Shown here: positions 24,153 through 36,780 of the stretch, piece after piece
Numbering within the stretch: position 1 is the stretch's first letter
How the letters are laid out: each line of letters starts with the position of its first letter
Assembly: GCA_013265495.1 (NCBI GenBank)
Contig: MU058065.1
Span: forward strand, 3,885,003 to 3,949,002
Source of the DNA: Vicugna vicugna
Lineage: Eukaryota
Direction of reading: 5' to 3'
Length of the DNA: 64,000 bases
Position numbers and translations under genes: made by a program
Notes under the pieces: generated by a model
Databases searched by the model: none
What the model saw: the letters and a program-made list of their open reading frames with translations, nothing else
Told to the model about the DNA's origin: nothing

Positions 24153-24246
24153 TGACTTTTTGTCAGTTCCAGCATTGTGAAAACAGAGGATGCCTCTGTG
24201 GTTTGCATATTAGGACTTCTTATTGCAGATCCTCTACTCTTTCCAT
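24153..24246 (+). repeat. Donor copy of a 94-bp direct repeat (second copy at 23131-23224)
   Basis: 93 of 94 bases identical by direct comparison; offset 1022 bp. Confidence 0.95.
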
Positions 24247-25244
24247 TATCTTCCTCAGGTGACAAAAAGGGGGAGGTAGCCAAGAACAAGAAATACAAAC
24301 CATTCTGCTTTACCTGACTGCCCCTGTTAGATTTTCTATTTTTTGTGATTCATGTTGCCGAGTAAATGTTCACAACTTAATGTGGCTAAGATCAGAGATA
24401 AAACAAACTCATCTCCATGGGGTAGCACAATGCTTTGCAGCGAGGAAAGGAGCCCCATCCACCTTTCTAAGACCGTCTGCACTCATCCTGTCACCAGATG
24501 TTTGCTGGATCCAGAAACCTCACAATGGGGCTGTTAAATGTCTGCCTTCCATTGGCTTAAATTTCTCTGAGCCATTCTTACACAATCCCCTTCTAGAGTG
24601 AGTTGTATCTTTCATAACAAGAAACATGTTTGGCAAGCTGCAAATTGAGGCAGAGACAGTTTTATCTAGAGGACTGAATATAATCCTTGGGTGATATTTA
24701 TCCAGAGTTGTCTTCCCACTTTCACTGCCAATCTTTTCCAGCTATAACAGCAGTGGCAGTTGCCTGGGCTTCAGCAAATAGAGACGCTGTTGTCATATCA
24801 TTAGATGTTAGATTTAAAAGGCTAAAACCATTCACTGGGATGATTTTCCTCTTTAAGGCAATTTTATTGGTTTCCCTTTCAAACAAGAACCAGAAATGGG
24901 AATGATATCTACCCTAATTTGACAAAACCACTCAAGCAGCTCACTTTCTAGGTCAGTGAGTTTTTTTGTGCTTTTCAATTTTTCCCTTATTGGTAAGTAA
25001 CCTCATTATCCTCCTTTGTTTAGCTTCCAGTAGATTCCAGGATTTGGGGGAAAGTGCATTCAATTGATAATGGGAAATAACCAACACTTTTGTATTTTTT
25101 GGATCTTACCTTTCAAGAAATAATAAAGGAAAGGTGTTTTCATTTCACAATCACAGCAGTTCCTCACAGCTTCTGACCCTGGAGTTCTTTTTGCTGTTGA
25201 TAATCATGTCTTTGTGTTCACCTGGTGCCCTGAGCTGTAGTAAT

Positions 25245-25410
25245 GATACTAATAATTGCAACATTTTACTTCATACGATAAGCCAGGCACTGTGTGAGGC
25301 ACTTTACAAACATTTCTTTTCTCAGTCCTTGCAACCTACCTGGAGGTAATTATTGTGACTTTATACACCAGGAAACGGAGGCACAAAGATGTGAAGAAAA
25401 TTGCTCAAGA
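25245..25410 (-). mobile_element. MIR
   Basis: gccaggcactgtgtgaggcactttaca...ggaaacggaggcacaaag...ttgctcaagatcat. Confidence 0.7.
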
Positions 25411-25784
25411 TCATATAGCTTCATATTGCCTTCTGCTTTTAAGGTCCTCAGCCATCAAAATCACTTCTCTCTTGAAATGTTCTCCTTACTCAATGTATGC
25501 CCATCACACACTTAAAAACACATAACTCAAGAATAGTATAAGTAAGGACAGAAATAGAGGTATACAAAAAAGAGACAAAGGTCGGCCAAATTGCCTAATT
25601 TCTGAATTTTCCTTCTTTCATTCAAGAATGTGAATAATCATATTTACCCTTCAGGAATTTTTAGTTTATATAAATTATGATACCGCCTGTCACATATTAG
25701 ATGCTCAGTAGATACCAGATCCCTTTCCTACATATGATAAAGGCTTTGTGCCCTCTTCCTTTCTTGTGTACCCTGCAGAGTTAA

Positions 25785-26160
25785 TCCCAGGGAAGGAGGA
25801 GTGGGTGTGGCCAAAGCTGCATCAATCAGAGTATTCCATTCCTCTGAACTCAGTGATTGGTCAAGGGAAAAGCAAATGACTCAAGCTGGACCAATAAGAA
25901 TACTGCTCAGGAATTTTCAGACCAAAGTCGGCAGGGATGACTCCGCCTTTCCTCCAGAATCATGGGCCTATTAGGATGTAAATTAAGAGATGGCTCCTAC
26001 AGTCGTGGTCCCTTCTATGTGGGGGGAGTCAATATGTTTGAAGATAGACTAAGTCAATAAAGAGAGAAATGCAGGGATAAGAAGTGGAAAGAGAACAAGG
26101 GCAAACCAACAGTGCAAACTGCTTTCTGGTCCATAGATACTGCCATTCTTAGGGCTGTAT
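25785..26160 (+). mobile_element. MLT1J/K-like MaLR LTR fragment
   Basis: caatcagagtattccattcctctg...cagtgattggtcaaggg...atgactcaagctggaccaataaga. Confidence 0.55.
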
Positions 26161-27904
26161 TCACCCATTTCCCACTCAAAGCTGGTGATTTTGTTAATCC
26201 TTTAACTTTTAGGTTATCCTACTGTAAGAAAATAATTTTATTTGAATTGCTTTCCACTTTTCTCCCTCCTTCAGAAATCTGAGATTTTTCCATCTAATCT
26301 TTCTGTCATTAAGTTCAGAATATAACTGAAAGTGTGATGCTGAGAATTTGCTCCAAATAATACAAGTTTAGGGTAGTAGATGAAGGTGTAGATGGGGTGA
26401 AATTGGCCCTGGGTAAATGGTTTTTGGAGATTGTGTGATGAACACATGAGGGTTTAATATACTATTTTGTTTAGTTTTTGTATGTTCTAAATTATTTATA
26501 ATGTAAGTTTAACAAACAAAAAGCAACAACAATGATAAAAAAAACACAGATCAGTCTATGACACTGAGTCTTATGTCCTCCCAAAAGATGGCTATAACAT
26601 AAGAACCATTTCTAACAGATGGAAAGGGAAAGCCCTTTTGGTGCTTGGAGGAAAAGACTGAAAGACAAGAGAGCAGGGCAGGAGCTCAGTTAAAGATAGC
26701 TTTGCTCCCTTTCTGGGTTGAAATCTGGAAGGAGTGGAGAATGTAAACGGAAAAGAAGCCTTTCTAAGCCAGTGAGCTTTTGATATTTTTCAGCTTTTCC
26801 CTTGACATACACCACCACCTGCAGTGGGCTCTGTGATGCAGTGCGGTGATGTGGCTTTGGGGGCATCTCCTTGTGCATGCATTCATTCATTTAGGTGCTA
26901 TTATCTGACTCAGGAAAGCCTTGCTAATGCATGTCTGGCGTGTAAGTGGTGCCCAATAAATATTTGTTGACTTAATGAGGGGTTGGAGGGCTACACTATA
27001 AAGAAACACCTTTAATTATGGAACTCTTTTGACATTACATCAATATTCAATCTTCTACATTTAGAACCTGCCAGAGTCTCTGCTGCAAATTCTGCTCTGA
27101 AAGTTGCAATAACTTGGCCGGGAACACGTTACTGCTGAAATTTTGCATAGGCATCCACAGCTTGAAATTTTTTCGAAGTGACAAGAGTTTGAAACCCCTA
27201 AATCAACTTTTCTGGCTTTGAGTGACAAGGATGTCAAAAAACTGAAAATTAATCTTTCAAAATATGGTTTTTACTTGTTGAACTGAAAACCTTTTATTTT
27301 CTTCTGGGTAGAGAAGCTCTTTCAGTATGATGAATTCATGATGGAGACAATTGCCTTAGCAATTTTAAAAGTGGTTAATTTTTTAGGGGATGTAACAAGC
27401 ATTTCTTATGTTTAATTGATGAGACTCTAAATTGACTATTATATATTTTCTCTTATTAGATGTGTGTGTTCATCGATGCCTTTACTGATGGCATTCATTT
27501 GAACCACAGCTTTTTATTGAGTACAAGGTACTACATGCTGCATAAAAGAATAAAGCATGGCTTATACCTTCAAAGAGTTAATAAGCTAATAGGGGAGAGA
27601 AAAGATATAATTTGGGGCTGTTTTATAGGCAAGTTGGTTGCTTTAAGAATAAACAAGGAAATTGTCATCAATTATGTGCTGCCGTCTGGCATGCTGCTCC
27701 ACCACATTCTTGTCACCAGGCTGCATCCCCGCAGGGCAGTACACAATGGTAATTCTTTATCCCACTGTTTCTATTTGTCTTCAAACATGCGAAGGTAAAC
27801 ATAACGGGAGCTAAGAAAAATTGAGGAATCAGGAACGTTTGTGTAACCCAGGTGTCAAAGATATGTCCAGCATTCCTTTTTCAAAATAAATAAATAATAA
27901 ATAA

Positions 27905-28040
27905 AATAGACTCTGTTTTTAGAACAGTTTTAAACTTACAGAAACATTGCTAAGATTGTATGGTGCCTTTGTATAATTAATGAACTAATATAGATCACTA
28001 ATAGCTCAAGCCCATACTTTATTCAGATTTCCTGAGTTCC
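27905..28040 (-). mobile_element. L1MC-like 3' end fragment
   Basis: atagactctgtttttagaacagttttaaacttacagaaa...ccatactttattcagatttcct. Confidence 0.6.
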
Positions 28041-28296
28041 AGCACTTCCCTTTCATCCAAATAGAAAGGATAATCTGAAATTGAGAGAAAATAGAAGGGA
28101 ACAATATGGGGGGAAATGTAGGTTGAACTGGCTACTGTGTGACTCTTATCCACGGACCAAGACCTTTTCATGCGTACAACTACGGGATCATCTTGTCCTT
28201 GGATCCTGCCCCTGCCTCCACCTTGAGAGGGTCCATTGATTCCTTTTCAGGTCTTAGCTTGAAGTAGTCAAAAGAGCTCATTAAGATCATTTTCTT

Positions 28297-29101
28297 CATC
28301 TTCTTTATCCAGTCATCTGTCAGGGGAAATTTAGGTTGTTTCCATGTCTTGGCTATTGTAAATAGTGCTGCTATGAACACTGGGATATATGTATCTTTTT
28401 GAATTATAGTTTTCTTTGAATATATGCCCAGGAGTGGGATTGCTGGATCATATGGTAAGTCTGTTTTTAGTTTTTTAGGGAACCTATATACTGTTCTCTA
28501 GGTCTAACACGGTCATGTAGGAAAACCAAAATGTTCATTGACAGATAACTGGATAAAGATGTGGTATGTATATGTGTGTGTGTGCGCGTGTATATACATA
28601 TATATATATATATGTATACACACACATATATATACACAGAATGGAATACTAAGCCATAAGAAGTCTAAAATAATGTCATCTGCAGCAACATGGATGGACC
28701 TAGAGATTATCATATTAAGTGAAGTATATCAGACAAAGACAAATATCATGTATCACTTATATGTGACATATAAAAATTGATGCAAATCATATTTACAAAA
28801 CAAAAATAGACTCACAGATACAGAAAACAAACTATGGCTATGAAAGGGGAAAGACTGAGAGAGGGATAAAGTAGGAGTTTGGGATTAACAGACACACATT
28901 ACTATATATAAAACAGATAAACAACAAGGACCTACTGTATAGCACAGGGAGCTATATTCAATTTCCTGTAATAACATATCATGGAAAAGAATCTGAAAAA
29001 AATACATGTTTATATATACGTAACTGAATTGCTTTGCTGTACACCTGAATCTAACATTGTAAATCAACTATACTTCAATAAAAAACAAAATTTAAAAATA
29101 A
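28297..29101 (+). mobile_element. L1 3' end with inverted 5' segment (28297-28500 minus, about 28520-29101 plus)
   Basis: The minus segment encodes [27 protein letters not shown]. The plus segment resumes at TDNWIKMW and runs through the 3' UTR to an A-rich tail. About 19 nt of unrelated filler lies at the junction. Confidence 0.9.
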
Positions 29102-30989
29102 AAGAAAAATGATCCTAAAACAGAGGAGTGATTTGTCCTCCAAGTTAAACTCAAGTCTACCTTTCAAAAGAAATAGAAACACTATTTTTAAATTATTTCA
29201 CTGACCCATCCCACATCCAGCCATCAAAGTAAAACCAATATAGATAAAAATTATATTTACCTTCATTACTCTGGGCCCCTCTTTGATATCTTTTCCCCAC
29301 CATGTGCTGACTCAGAAATGCCCTCAGATATTCAGTTTGGACATTCCAGGATCCTAAAGCTTCCTCCTAACCTCAAAGATGTAAGAAATGTATAAGAAAG
29401 TGAAAATAAGCTTCATGGAACATGCACACATCCACACCAGGTATGAATTCTGATTTGATTGGCAAAGTTCTGTTGGCCCTGCTAGAAGTCCTCCATCAGC
29501 CAGAGATTACTTCTTCCACCCATGGTGGTAGAACCATGCAGAGGTGGGAGGTGGCCACCAGAGGACCCTAGAATTGGCACCTGGGCAACCTGGAATGTAA
29601 ATATCAACTCCAACTTCCTGCAACTGCCTTTGTGTGCTCTGTAAGTAACCATGTGTCCTCAGGTCTCTGGTCAGATCTTTGTCTGCTCTTCACATCAGTT
29701 TTCTTGATTGCAGGTCCATGGATCCACAGTTGGGATCTTCGTTGCCAATCTTGACCCCCGAACCTAGATGTGGTCTCTATTCTACCCAATCACTTTTTTT
29801 GCCTTGAGACATCTAAGAGTGGTTTGTCAGATCTTTTGTTCTAGTTTTCATTAGGATTGATTGATACAGTCCTTATTTTCTGACATTTCATTCCTATACC
29901 ATCTGAATTAAGCTTAAATCTGAAAATGGACTGTCAGACCAGACTGAGTTCTTTTGATATGTGAGAGTCTATTGAAAAACAGGAAAGAGAATGCCACTGT
30001 GGAGTGGGTTAAAAAGTTTAATGGAAGAGTCTGGTTTTAGGTTGGCCTTGAAGACTGAACAGGCCTTTGAGGAAGGAGAAGGCAGGACAAAATCAGGGAA
30101 GCAGGGAGACCAAAGTCATAGTCGTATGGGGTATGGCAGACATCCTGCCTGAAGCAGATGTTCTGTGGGTGATGGTAATGGAATAAAGTTCAAAAAGTAA
30201 AGTGGGACCACTTGACCAAAGGTTACTGATAGTAGGGCAAATAGGAATGAACCTCAGGCATGTCTAAAACCTGGGTCAGCTGAGGGATGCCATACCTGAG
30301 AGTCTGACTTAATTCAGCCAGGCTCACAGCAACCTCTTAGAATTAGGCTGAGGTTGTCTTGTACCCTTGACTTGCACACGAGAGGCAGGTAGAAGCATGG
30401 TCCATTTGCAGAACAGCTAGATGATGGTGGAGAGTGGACAGGAGAGTGTAAATATGCCTGTGAGGATGGCTAAGCTGAGCCAGGGCCAGGCAGAATCCTC
30501 ACTCCACGCAGTGGTATCATTGCAGTAGTTCTGTGGCCTCATGGGGACCAGGAATTCCATATCAGTGCAGGGCATGTGCAGTGTCATCTCCTGGTCTGTG
30601 TGACCTGTTCTGTATATTTCCATATCTTCTGCCTTTGAAGAAAGTGTATGTCCACTGACACTGCTGAGTAAGAAAACAGAAAATCAATATATGTTGGCCA
30701 CTTAGCCAATCCTGTGCAAGGTGCCTCTTTGCCATTATTTCATTTAATTCGCACAGTAATGAGGTAAGTATGGTGAGGAATCCAAGATGTAGAGAGAACC
30801 AGTCTCACATGGCTCCAAAACCCTCTCTACGGTACCACACAGTTTCTTACAAGGAACTAACCTATGCTCAGCAACAGGACATCATTCTAAAAGAGAAATT
30901 TTTAGGTTAATCTAATAGCCAGACTGGAGTTGAATGAAGACAGCTAGTTAAGGTGTTATTTCAATAATGAATGAGCTGTTTGGAAATTT

Positions 30990-31270
30990 CTTTCCAAAGA
31001 AAATGTTTTTTATGAGCTTATTTTGCTTGACAAGCTAACTCTAAAATTTTTATATGGAAAAGCAAGAGACCTAAAATAACCAAAACAATTTTGAGAAACA
31101 AAGTCAGAGGACTCACACTATCTAAATTCTAGACTTGCTATGAAACTATAGTAATTAAGACATTGGCATAAGTATAGACATATAAATCTAGAGAACAGAA
31201 CAGAGTTGAGAAATGGTCAATCAAAGTAATTCCATGAGGAAAGAGTAGTCTTTTTAACAAATGATTAAAA

Positions 31271-31326
<56 letters not shown>

Positions 31327-32305
31327 ACTTGACCCCCCCAACTCACACCATATACAAAATAATTACATGAAATGGATCGTAGGTATAAATGTAAGAACCT
31401 GAAGTATAAAATTTCTAGAAAATACATAGAGAAAAATCTTTGTGGCTTGGATTAGGCAAAAAATTTTTTAGATAGAAACTAAAAGCATGAACTAAAAATA
31501 AAATGGATGCTTTATCAAAATTAAAACATTTATTCTTCAAAAGACACTGTTAAGGAAATGAAAAGGCAAGCCATAGACTGAGAGAAAATGTTTGCAAAAC
31601 ACACATATTCTCATAAAGAACTAATCCAGAATGTATGTAGATTATAGAATACATAGAATTTTAACAACCTAAAGAAGGCAGACAACTTGATAAAAAGTAT
31701 GCAAAAATTTTGGGCAGAAACTTTACCAAAGATATATGAAGCAAAAAAGCACATGAAAAGATGCTCAATTTCATTAGTCATCAGGGAAATGCATATCAAA
31801 ACCACAGAGATACCACTACACCCCCACTAGAATAGCTAAATAGCTTGACAGTTCTAAGCATGTCAAGAATGTGGAGCAATTTCTAGATATTTACCCAAGA
31901 AAAATGAAAGGATATGTCCACACAATTACTTGTACATGAAAATTCAGAGTGGCTTTATTGAGAATAGCAAAAAATTGGAAGAATTATACATCAGCTAATG
32001 AGTGGATAAAACAATGTGATTCACCCCTCTATAATGTACAGAAGAATTATATTAAGTGAAATAAAATAGATATAAAAGATGATATATTGTATGATTTCAT
32101 TTATACAAAGTGATAGAAAATGAAAAATATAGTGACAGAAAACAGAACAGCTTCCAGGGCCAAGGATGAGAGGGGAGATGGCAAAGGGGCAGAGGGGACA
32201 TTTTGGAGGATGAAACGTCTCTGGTAACAATTACATACATCTTCTAAAATGTACACTTTAGGTGAATTTATTATGTAAATAATACCTCAATGAAGTCAAT
32301 TAAAA
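30990..32305 (+). mobile_element. Ancient L1MB/L1MC-like ORF2 end plus 3' UTR
   Basis: aaagtcagaggactcacacta, gcacatgaaaagatgctcaatttcattagtcatcagggaaatgc, tattgtatgatttcatttata; heavily decayed. Confidence 0.85.
31273..31323. repeat. (AAT)n microsatellite
   Basis: Directly visible; explains the poly-Tyr run in ORF 31138-31341. Confidence 0.95.
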
Positions 32306-32485
32306 GATAGTTTTATACCTTAAATAATTGCTAGATATTTTCTCTAAATAATAAGATTTATGTAACATATCTTATGCCCATGTTTACTTTAGCTTCAAGG
32401 AAGTTTATAGATAAATTTAATGTTCAGTCCTAGTAATAACGAATTAGCAATGTGCTTTCTATAGGTGTAGTTGACTTTTTCTATT

Positions 32486-33279
32486 AATTATTTAATTAAT
32501 TAATTATTGAAGTATAGTCAGTTTACAATGTTGTGTTAATTTCTGTTGGACAGCATAGTGATTCAGTTATACATATATACATTCCTTTTCATATTCTTTT
32601 TCATTAAGGCTATTACAAGATATTGAATATAGTTCTTTGTGTTATACGGTAGGAGCTTCTTGTTTATCTATTTTGTATATAGTGATGTGTGTCTGTTAAT
32701 CCCCAACTCTTAGTTTATCCCTCCCCACCCTGTGCCATTTGGTAACCATAGTTTGTTTTCTATGTCCATGGGTCTATTTTTGGTTTGTAAATAGAATTTG
32801 TATTTTTTTTTAGATTCCACATATAAATGATATCATATATTTGTCTCTTCTGTCTTACTTACTTTACTTAATATGGCATTCTCTAGGTCTGTCCATATTG
32901 CTGCAAATGGCATTATTTCATTCTTTTTTATGGCTGTGTAATATTCCATTGTGTGTATATACCACATCTTCTTTATCCAGTCATCTATTGATGAACATTT
33001 AAGTTGCTTCCATGTCTTGGCTATTGTAAATAGTGCTGCTATGAACACTGGGGTGCATGTGTCTTTTTGAATTATAGTTTTATTCAGATATATGCCCAGG
33101 AGTGGGATTGCTGGATCATATAGTAAGTCTATTTTCAGTTTTTTAAGAAACCTCCATAATGGCTGCACCAATTTACATTCCCATCAACAGTGTAGTAAGG
33201 TTCCTTTTTCTCCACCCTCTCCAGCACTTATTATTTGTAGACTTTTTAATGATGGCCATTCTGACTGGTGTGAGATGAT
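32486..33279 (-). mobile_element. 5'-truncated cetartiodactyl-type L1
   Basis: ORF 32833-33171 is the L1 ORF2p C-terminus ([11 protein letters not shown]...[14 protein letters not shown]...[11 protein letters not shown]). Probable degenerate TSD actttttctatt (32474-32485) / actttccctatt (33280-33291). Confidence 0.95.
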
Positions 33280-33399
33280 ACTTTCCCTATTTACTTTAAA
33301 ATAAACCTAACTTTTGCATGTTTTCTATTATCAGACACTTAAGAGTCATTTTAAAAACAGGCAGAACATAAAGTAAACTTAAAACACACATATAGTCAT

Positions 33400-33496
33400 T
33401 GTATGTTCATGTATAAATGAAAAATTGTGCTCTACACTGGATTTTGACACAAAATTGTAAAATGACTGTAACTCAATAAAAAAATGTTTAGAAACA
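33400..33496 (+). mobile_element. Very short L1 3' tip
   Basis: Same terminus type as 11795-11910 (tgtaaaatgactgtaactcaataaaaaaa). TSD aaaacacacatatagtcat (33381-33399) / aaaacatgcatacagtcat (33497-33515), 16 of 19 identical. Confidence 0.85.
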
Positions 33497-34994
33497 AAAA
33501 CATGCATACAGTCATAAGGAGATAGGAGCCTTATTGAGGTTAGCAATCAAGAAGATAAGACAAAATCGTGTTCCCTTGGTAAAACAAAAAACAAAACAAA
33601 ACAAAACAAACAAACAAAAAAACCAAAATCACCTTGACCAGGCTTGTTACTTATTCCGTTTGCCTCTCTCTGCTACTGGACAGGTCTAAGGTAAAGCAAG
33701 CCACTGTTGTGAAGATGCTACAGATGAGCAGACTACTCAAGAACTAATGCCAACAGAGACATCGTTAAAAAGGATAACTGCTTACCTGCATAAAATCCTG
33801 AAATTATAGCTCAAGAAAGACCACCTGAACAAAAGTACTTTACGAGGTTTGGCACTTTCAGTGCGCTGGGATGTACATTTACAGGGTCAAATGACAATAT
33901 CTTCTCACTGTGCAAAGATGTAGCTCACTCATTCAGTGGAATGTTGCTCACAGGGCTTTGTCCACTCTGGGAACTGGAATCTTCTCTGTATCCGTCAAGG
34001 AGGGTTTACCTGTCTAAAGTCCCCATGTATGTCAACACCTGGAAGGTTCTTCTGTTGGGAACTAAGATAATAAAGGATTTGGGGCCTGAATCCACACCGT
34101 GGAAGGAGAAAACAATATACAATAATGAGTGAAAGAAATTACTGCGAGAATTATGAAGGATATAAAGGAAGCCCTGAAATCAATTTCTAGACCCTTCTCA
34201 CTGTAGAATGAGTGATAATTTTAGGCTGTGTGCTCTGGTCTTGAACACTGTTTTCCCCTCCCAGTTTCCAAAGTTCTCCCGTTACACCTGTCTCATCCTT
34301 GTCTGATGCGGTCTTGGATGTGACATCATAATTAGAAATCTCTTACACTTTTCATATTATTCCCTCTCTTTGTTTACCTGATTGCACAAAGCTTAAACAA
34401 AGACATTATTATATACCTTTGGTAAAGGCTTTGCTTTGGCTGATATGGTTCCAAAGCGGGCTTTCTCTTTCCTGGGTTTCTTGACTGCTACGCTATTCTA
34501 TCCTGCAGACTTCTCTTCCGCCACTTGGCCTGCCATTCTGCTGCAATAGGAAGGCTTATCATCTCTTCCTGGGCTGGGGGGATGTCAGTTTTTGATTGAG
34601 GTCTATCTCAGATGTCAATTTCTGCTATTAGTCATTGCCGTGGCTAACGCATAACACAACATTATGTCCCAGCAGCCTTAGCTCAGGGGACCTACCATTT
34701 AACCACTGCATTTCCAGTGGCCTAGAGGCAACTCTGGAGTAGTCCTCAACTCCAAAGTTGACAGCAATTCTGCAGAGCCCCTCAGGGCATATGCCAAAAA
34801 GGGTAAGGCCAAAAGGTGACCCAAGAGAGCAGACCATTCCAACACGACCTTGTGTTCAGGTCTAAGACCATTGTTAGAGAGGTCACTGACCTCGATGGGG
34901 CAAGACATTCACCTTCATCTTTTAAGCAAATCTATGATTACACAGTGGAGACCCTGCCTTTTTTGTTGCACCTGCATCAAGCATGGCTCTGAGG

Positions 34995-35183
34995 AGCAAG
35001 TTCTTAAATTTTAGTATGTATCAGAATCATCTGGGTCATTTGCTAAAATGCAGATTCTCTTGTAAACCCTTTATAAAATCAGATTCAGTAGGTTTTGAGT
35101 GAAGCCCAGGAATCCAAATTTTCAGTGTCCCTCTAGGGCATTCTAACATAGAGGGACCTTTGACAAAAGACTGAGAAACACTG
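34995..35183. mobile_element. MER5-like hAT MITE
   Basis: tcagaatcatctggg...aaaatgcagatt...gcccaggaatc...tgagaaacactg. Confidence 0.75.
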
Positions 35184-35309
35184 ACTACTCTAAGAGAAGC
35201 AGTGAGTCTAATATAGTCAATGAACCTGAGAATCCTGGAAAGACCGAAGGTCGAATCCCAGGCTCCAGTTCTTGCTTGTGAGTTTGTTGGGAATGGAGGT
35301 AATATCAAT

Positions 35310-35440
35310 ATCCAGGGTGTTGATTAAAAACATACAAATTAGTAGCTTCACCCAGACCTACTGGGACTAGGATCCAGGAGCCTGCACTGGAACAAACATC
35401 CCCAGTGATTCTCAGGCACATTGAAATTTGAAGACCACAG
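35310..35440. mobile_element. MER5-like fragment
   Basis: cacccagacctactg...aacaaacatccccagtgattct...tttgaagaccac. Confidence 0.6.
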
Positions 35441-36594
35441 AAGGAGAGCTCTTGTATTCAGCCAATTTCACACTCATTTACCAAGAGTGCCCCCTGAAAG
35501 CAGGCTGATTAGTAAAGGACCACGGTGTGGTTTCTTCTAGCAAAACTTGGTAGCAAGCAGCAATGCTATAATTGACATTCGGATCTCATCTCTATTTCTA
35601 AAATTCAATTCCACTGCCATGACAAAGAATTACCTCTGCATAATGAAAAGGACTGAGGAGACAAATATGAGTCTGAGATTTGGCTTTTCTCCCCCCCTTC
35701 ACTGTTTTGAGCAGAGTAAATAATGTCCAGTGTAGTAACCTCAACAGCTGATCTTTGGGTCATAGCCCAGAGCCAAGAATGCACTGTTTTCTTTTTCCAC
35801 TTTGATATCTTAATGGAATGAATGTGATATTATTTATCAACCGTAAGCTTGATGGAATATATCATATAAATCATCTCAAATGCTATTTGCCACCTGCCTG
35901 CCTGTTCTGAAATGCATGCCAGCTTAATTAATCTAATTAGTCAATGCACAGATCAGGAGAACATTTACAGCTTCTCTGTCATCATAAATAAACCAGTTTT
36001 GTTTTCATAGGCTAAATAATTCATTTTAAGGATGGGTACTAGGAAGAATCCGAGGGAGCTGACCTCTATTACAGTAAAACGTGGAATAATGATGACAGGG
36101 TTTTCTTTTTGTTCTGCATGCCCTCCATTAACCTTCAATTAAAATACACCTTTGTGGGGGAGGCTGGTGGGGAGGAGGTGGCACGCGGCAGAAATGTCAT
36201 GGCCTCCCACCTGGAGAGGCATACCTGCCATTTGCTAAGAATGAGCTTACCCGTTTTAAATCTCATGATTGAAAGACACGTGGATTCTCAAGTACACGCA
36301 TGTGCATTAGAGAGCTGAGGAGCCCAGATGCTGTAAATTCAGGAGCCCACGCTGCTGGCTGAGGACAAATCCAAGAGGAGGAAAGGGTTAGAGTAGCAGG
36401 TGAGAAATGAGGCTAAACACAGTGAACAGGTTTAATGTCGTGAATCAGCAATTGTTCTTTTCGCAGCCACAGCTCTGTGTCCCCAGCTCCGGGAAGCATG
36501 CTCATTTGACAACTGCGTAATGGAACCGTGCGACATGGCAGCCCTGAAAGAGACAGTCCACTGCAGTGTAACAGTGAAAGCCCAAATCCAAAGC

Positions 36595-36780
36595 TAGAGA
36601 GATCTGGACTTGCACCCACATCTTCCACTGTTTATCTGCTGTGTCCCTTTAGACAAGCTACCTAACCTCTCTGTGCCCTACTGCTCCTCAGCATAATGGG
36701 GACACCTCACAGGATTGTTTGAAGCATTAAGTGAGATAATTCAAGCACTTAGCATGTGACCTGCTGCTGATATATTTGTG
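36595..36780 (+). mobile_element. MIR
   Basis: agacaagctacctaacctctctgtgcc...acctcacaggattgtt...attaagtgagataat...aagcacttagca. Confidence 0.75.

Noticed and set aside
24150..24250. The duplicated 94-mer as a snoRNA or miRNA retrocopy
   Set aside because: No paired C/D or H/ACA boxes, only a 7-bp stem, and no poly(A) or TSD on the inserted copy.
32833..33171. 112-aa ORF as a host gene
   Set aside because: It is the C-terminal fragment of L1 ORF2p within a 5'-truncated element.
33780..33830. Strong minus-strand splice donor (cag|gtaagc)
   Set aside because: No convincing partner acceptor or coding frame; such sites are frequent by chance.
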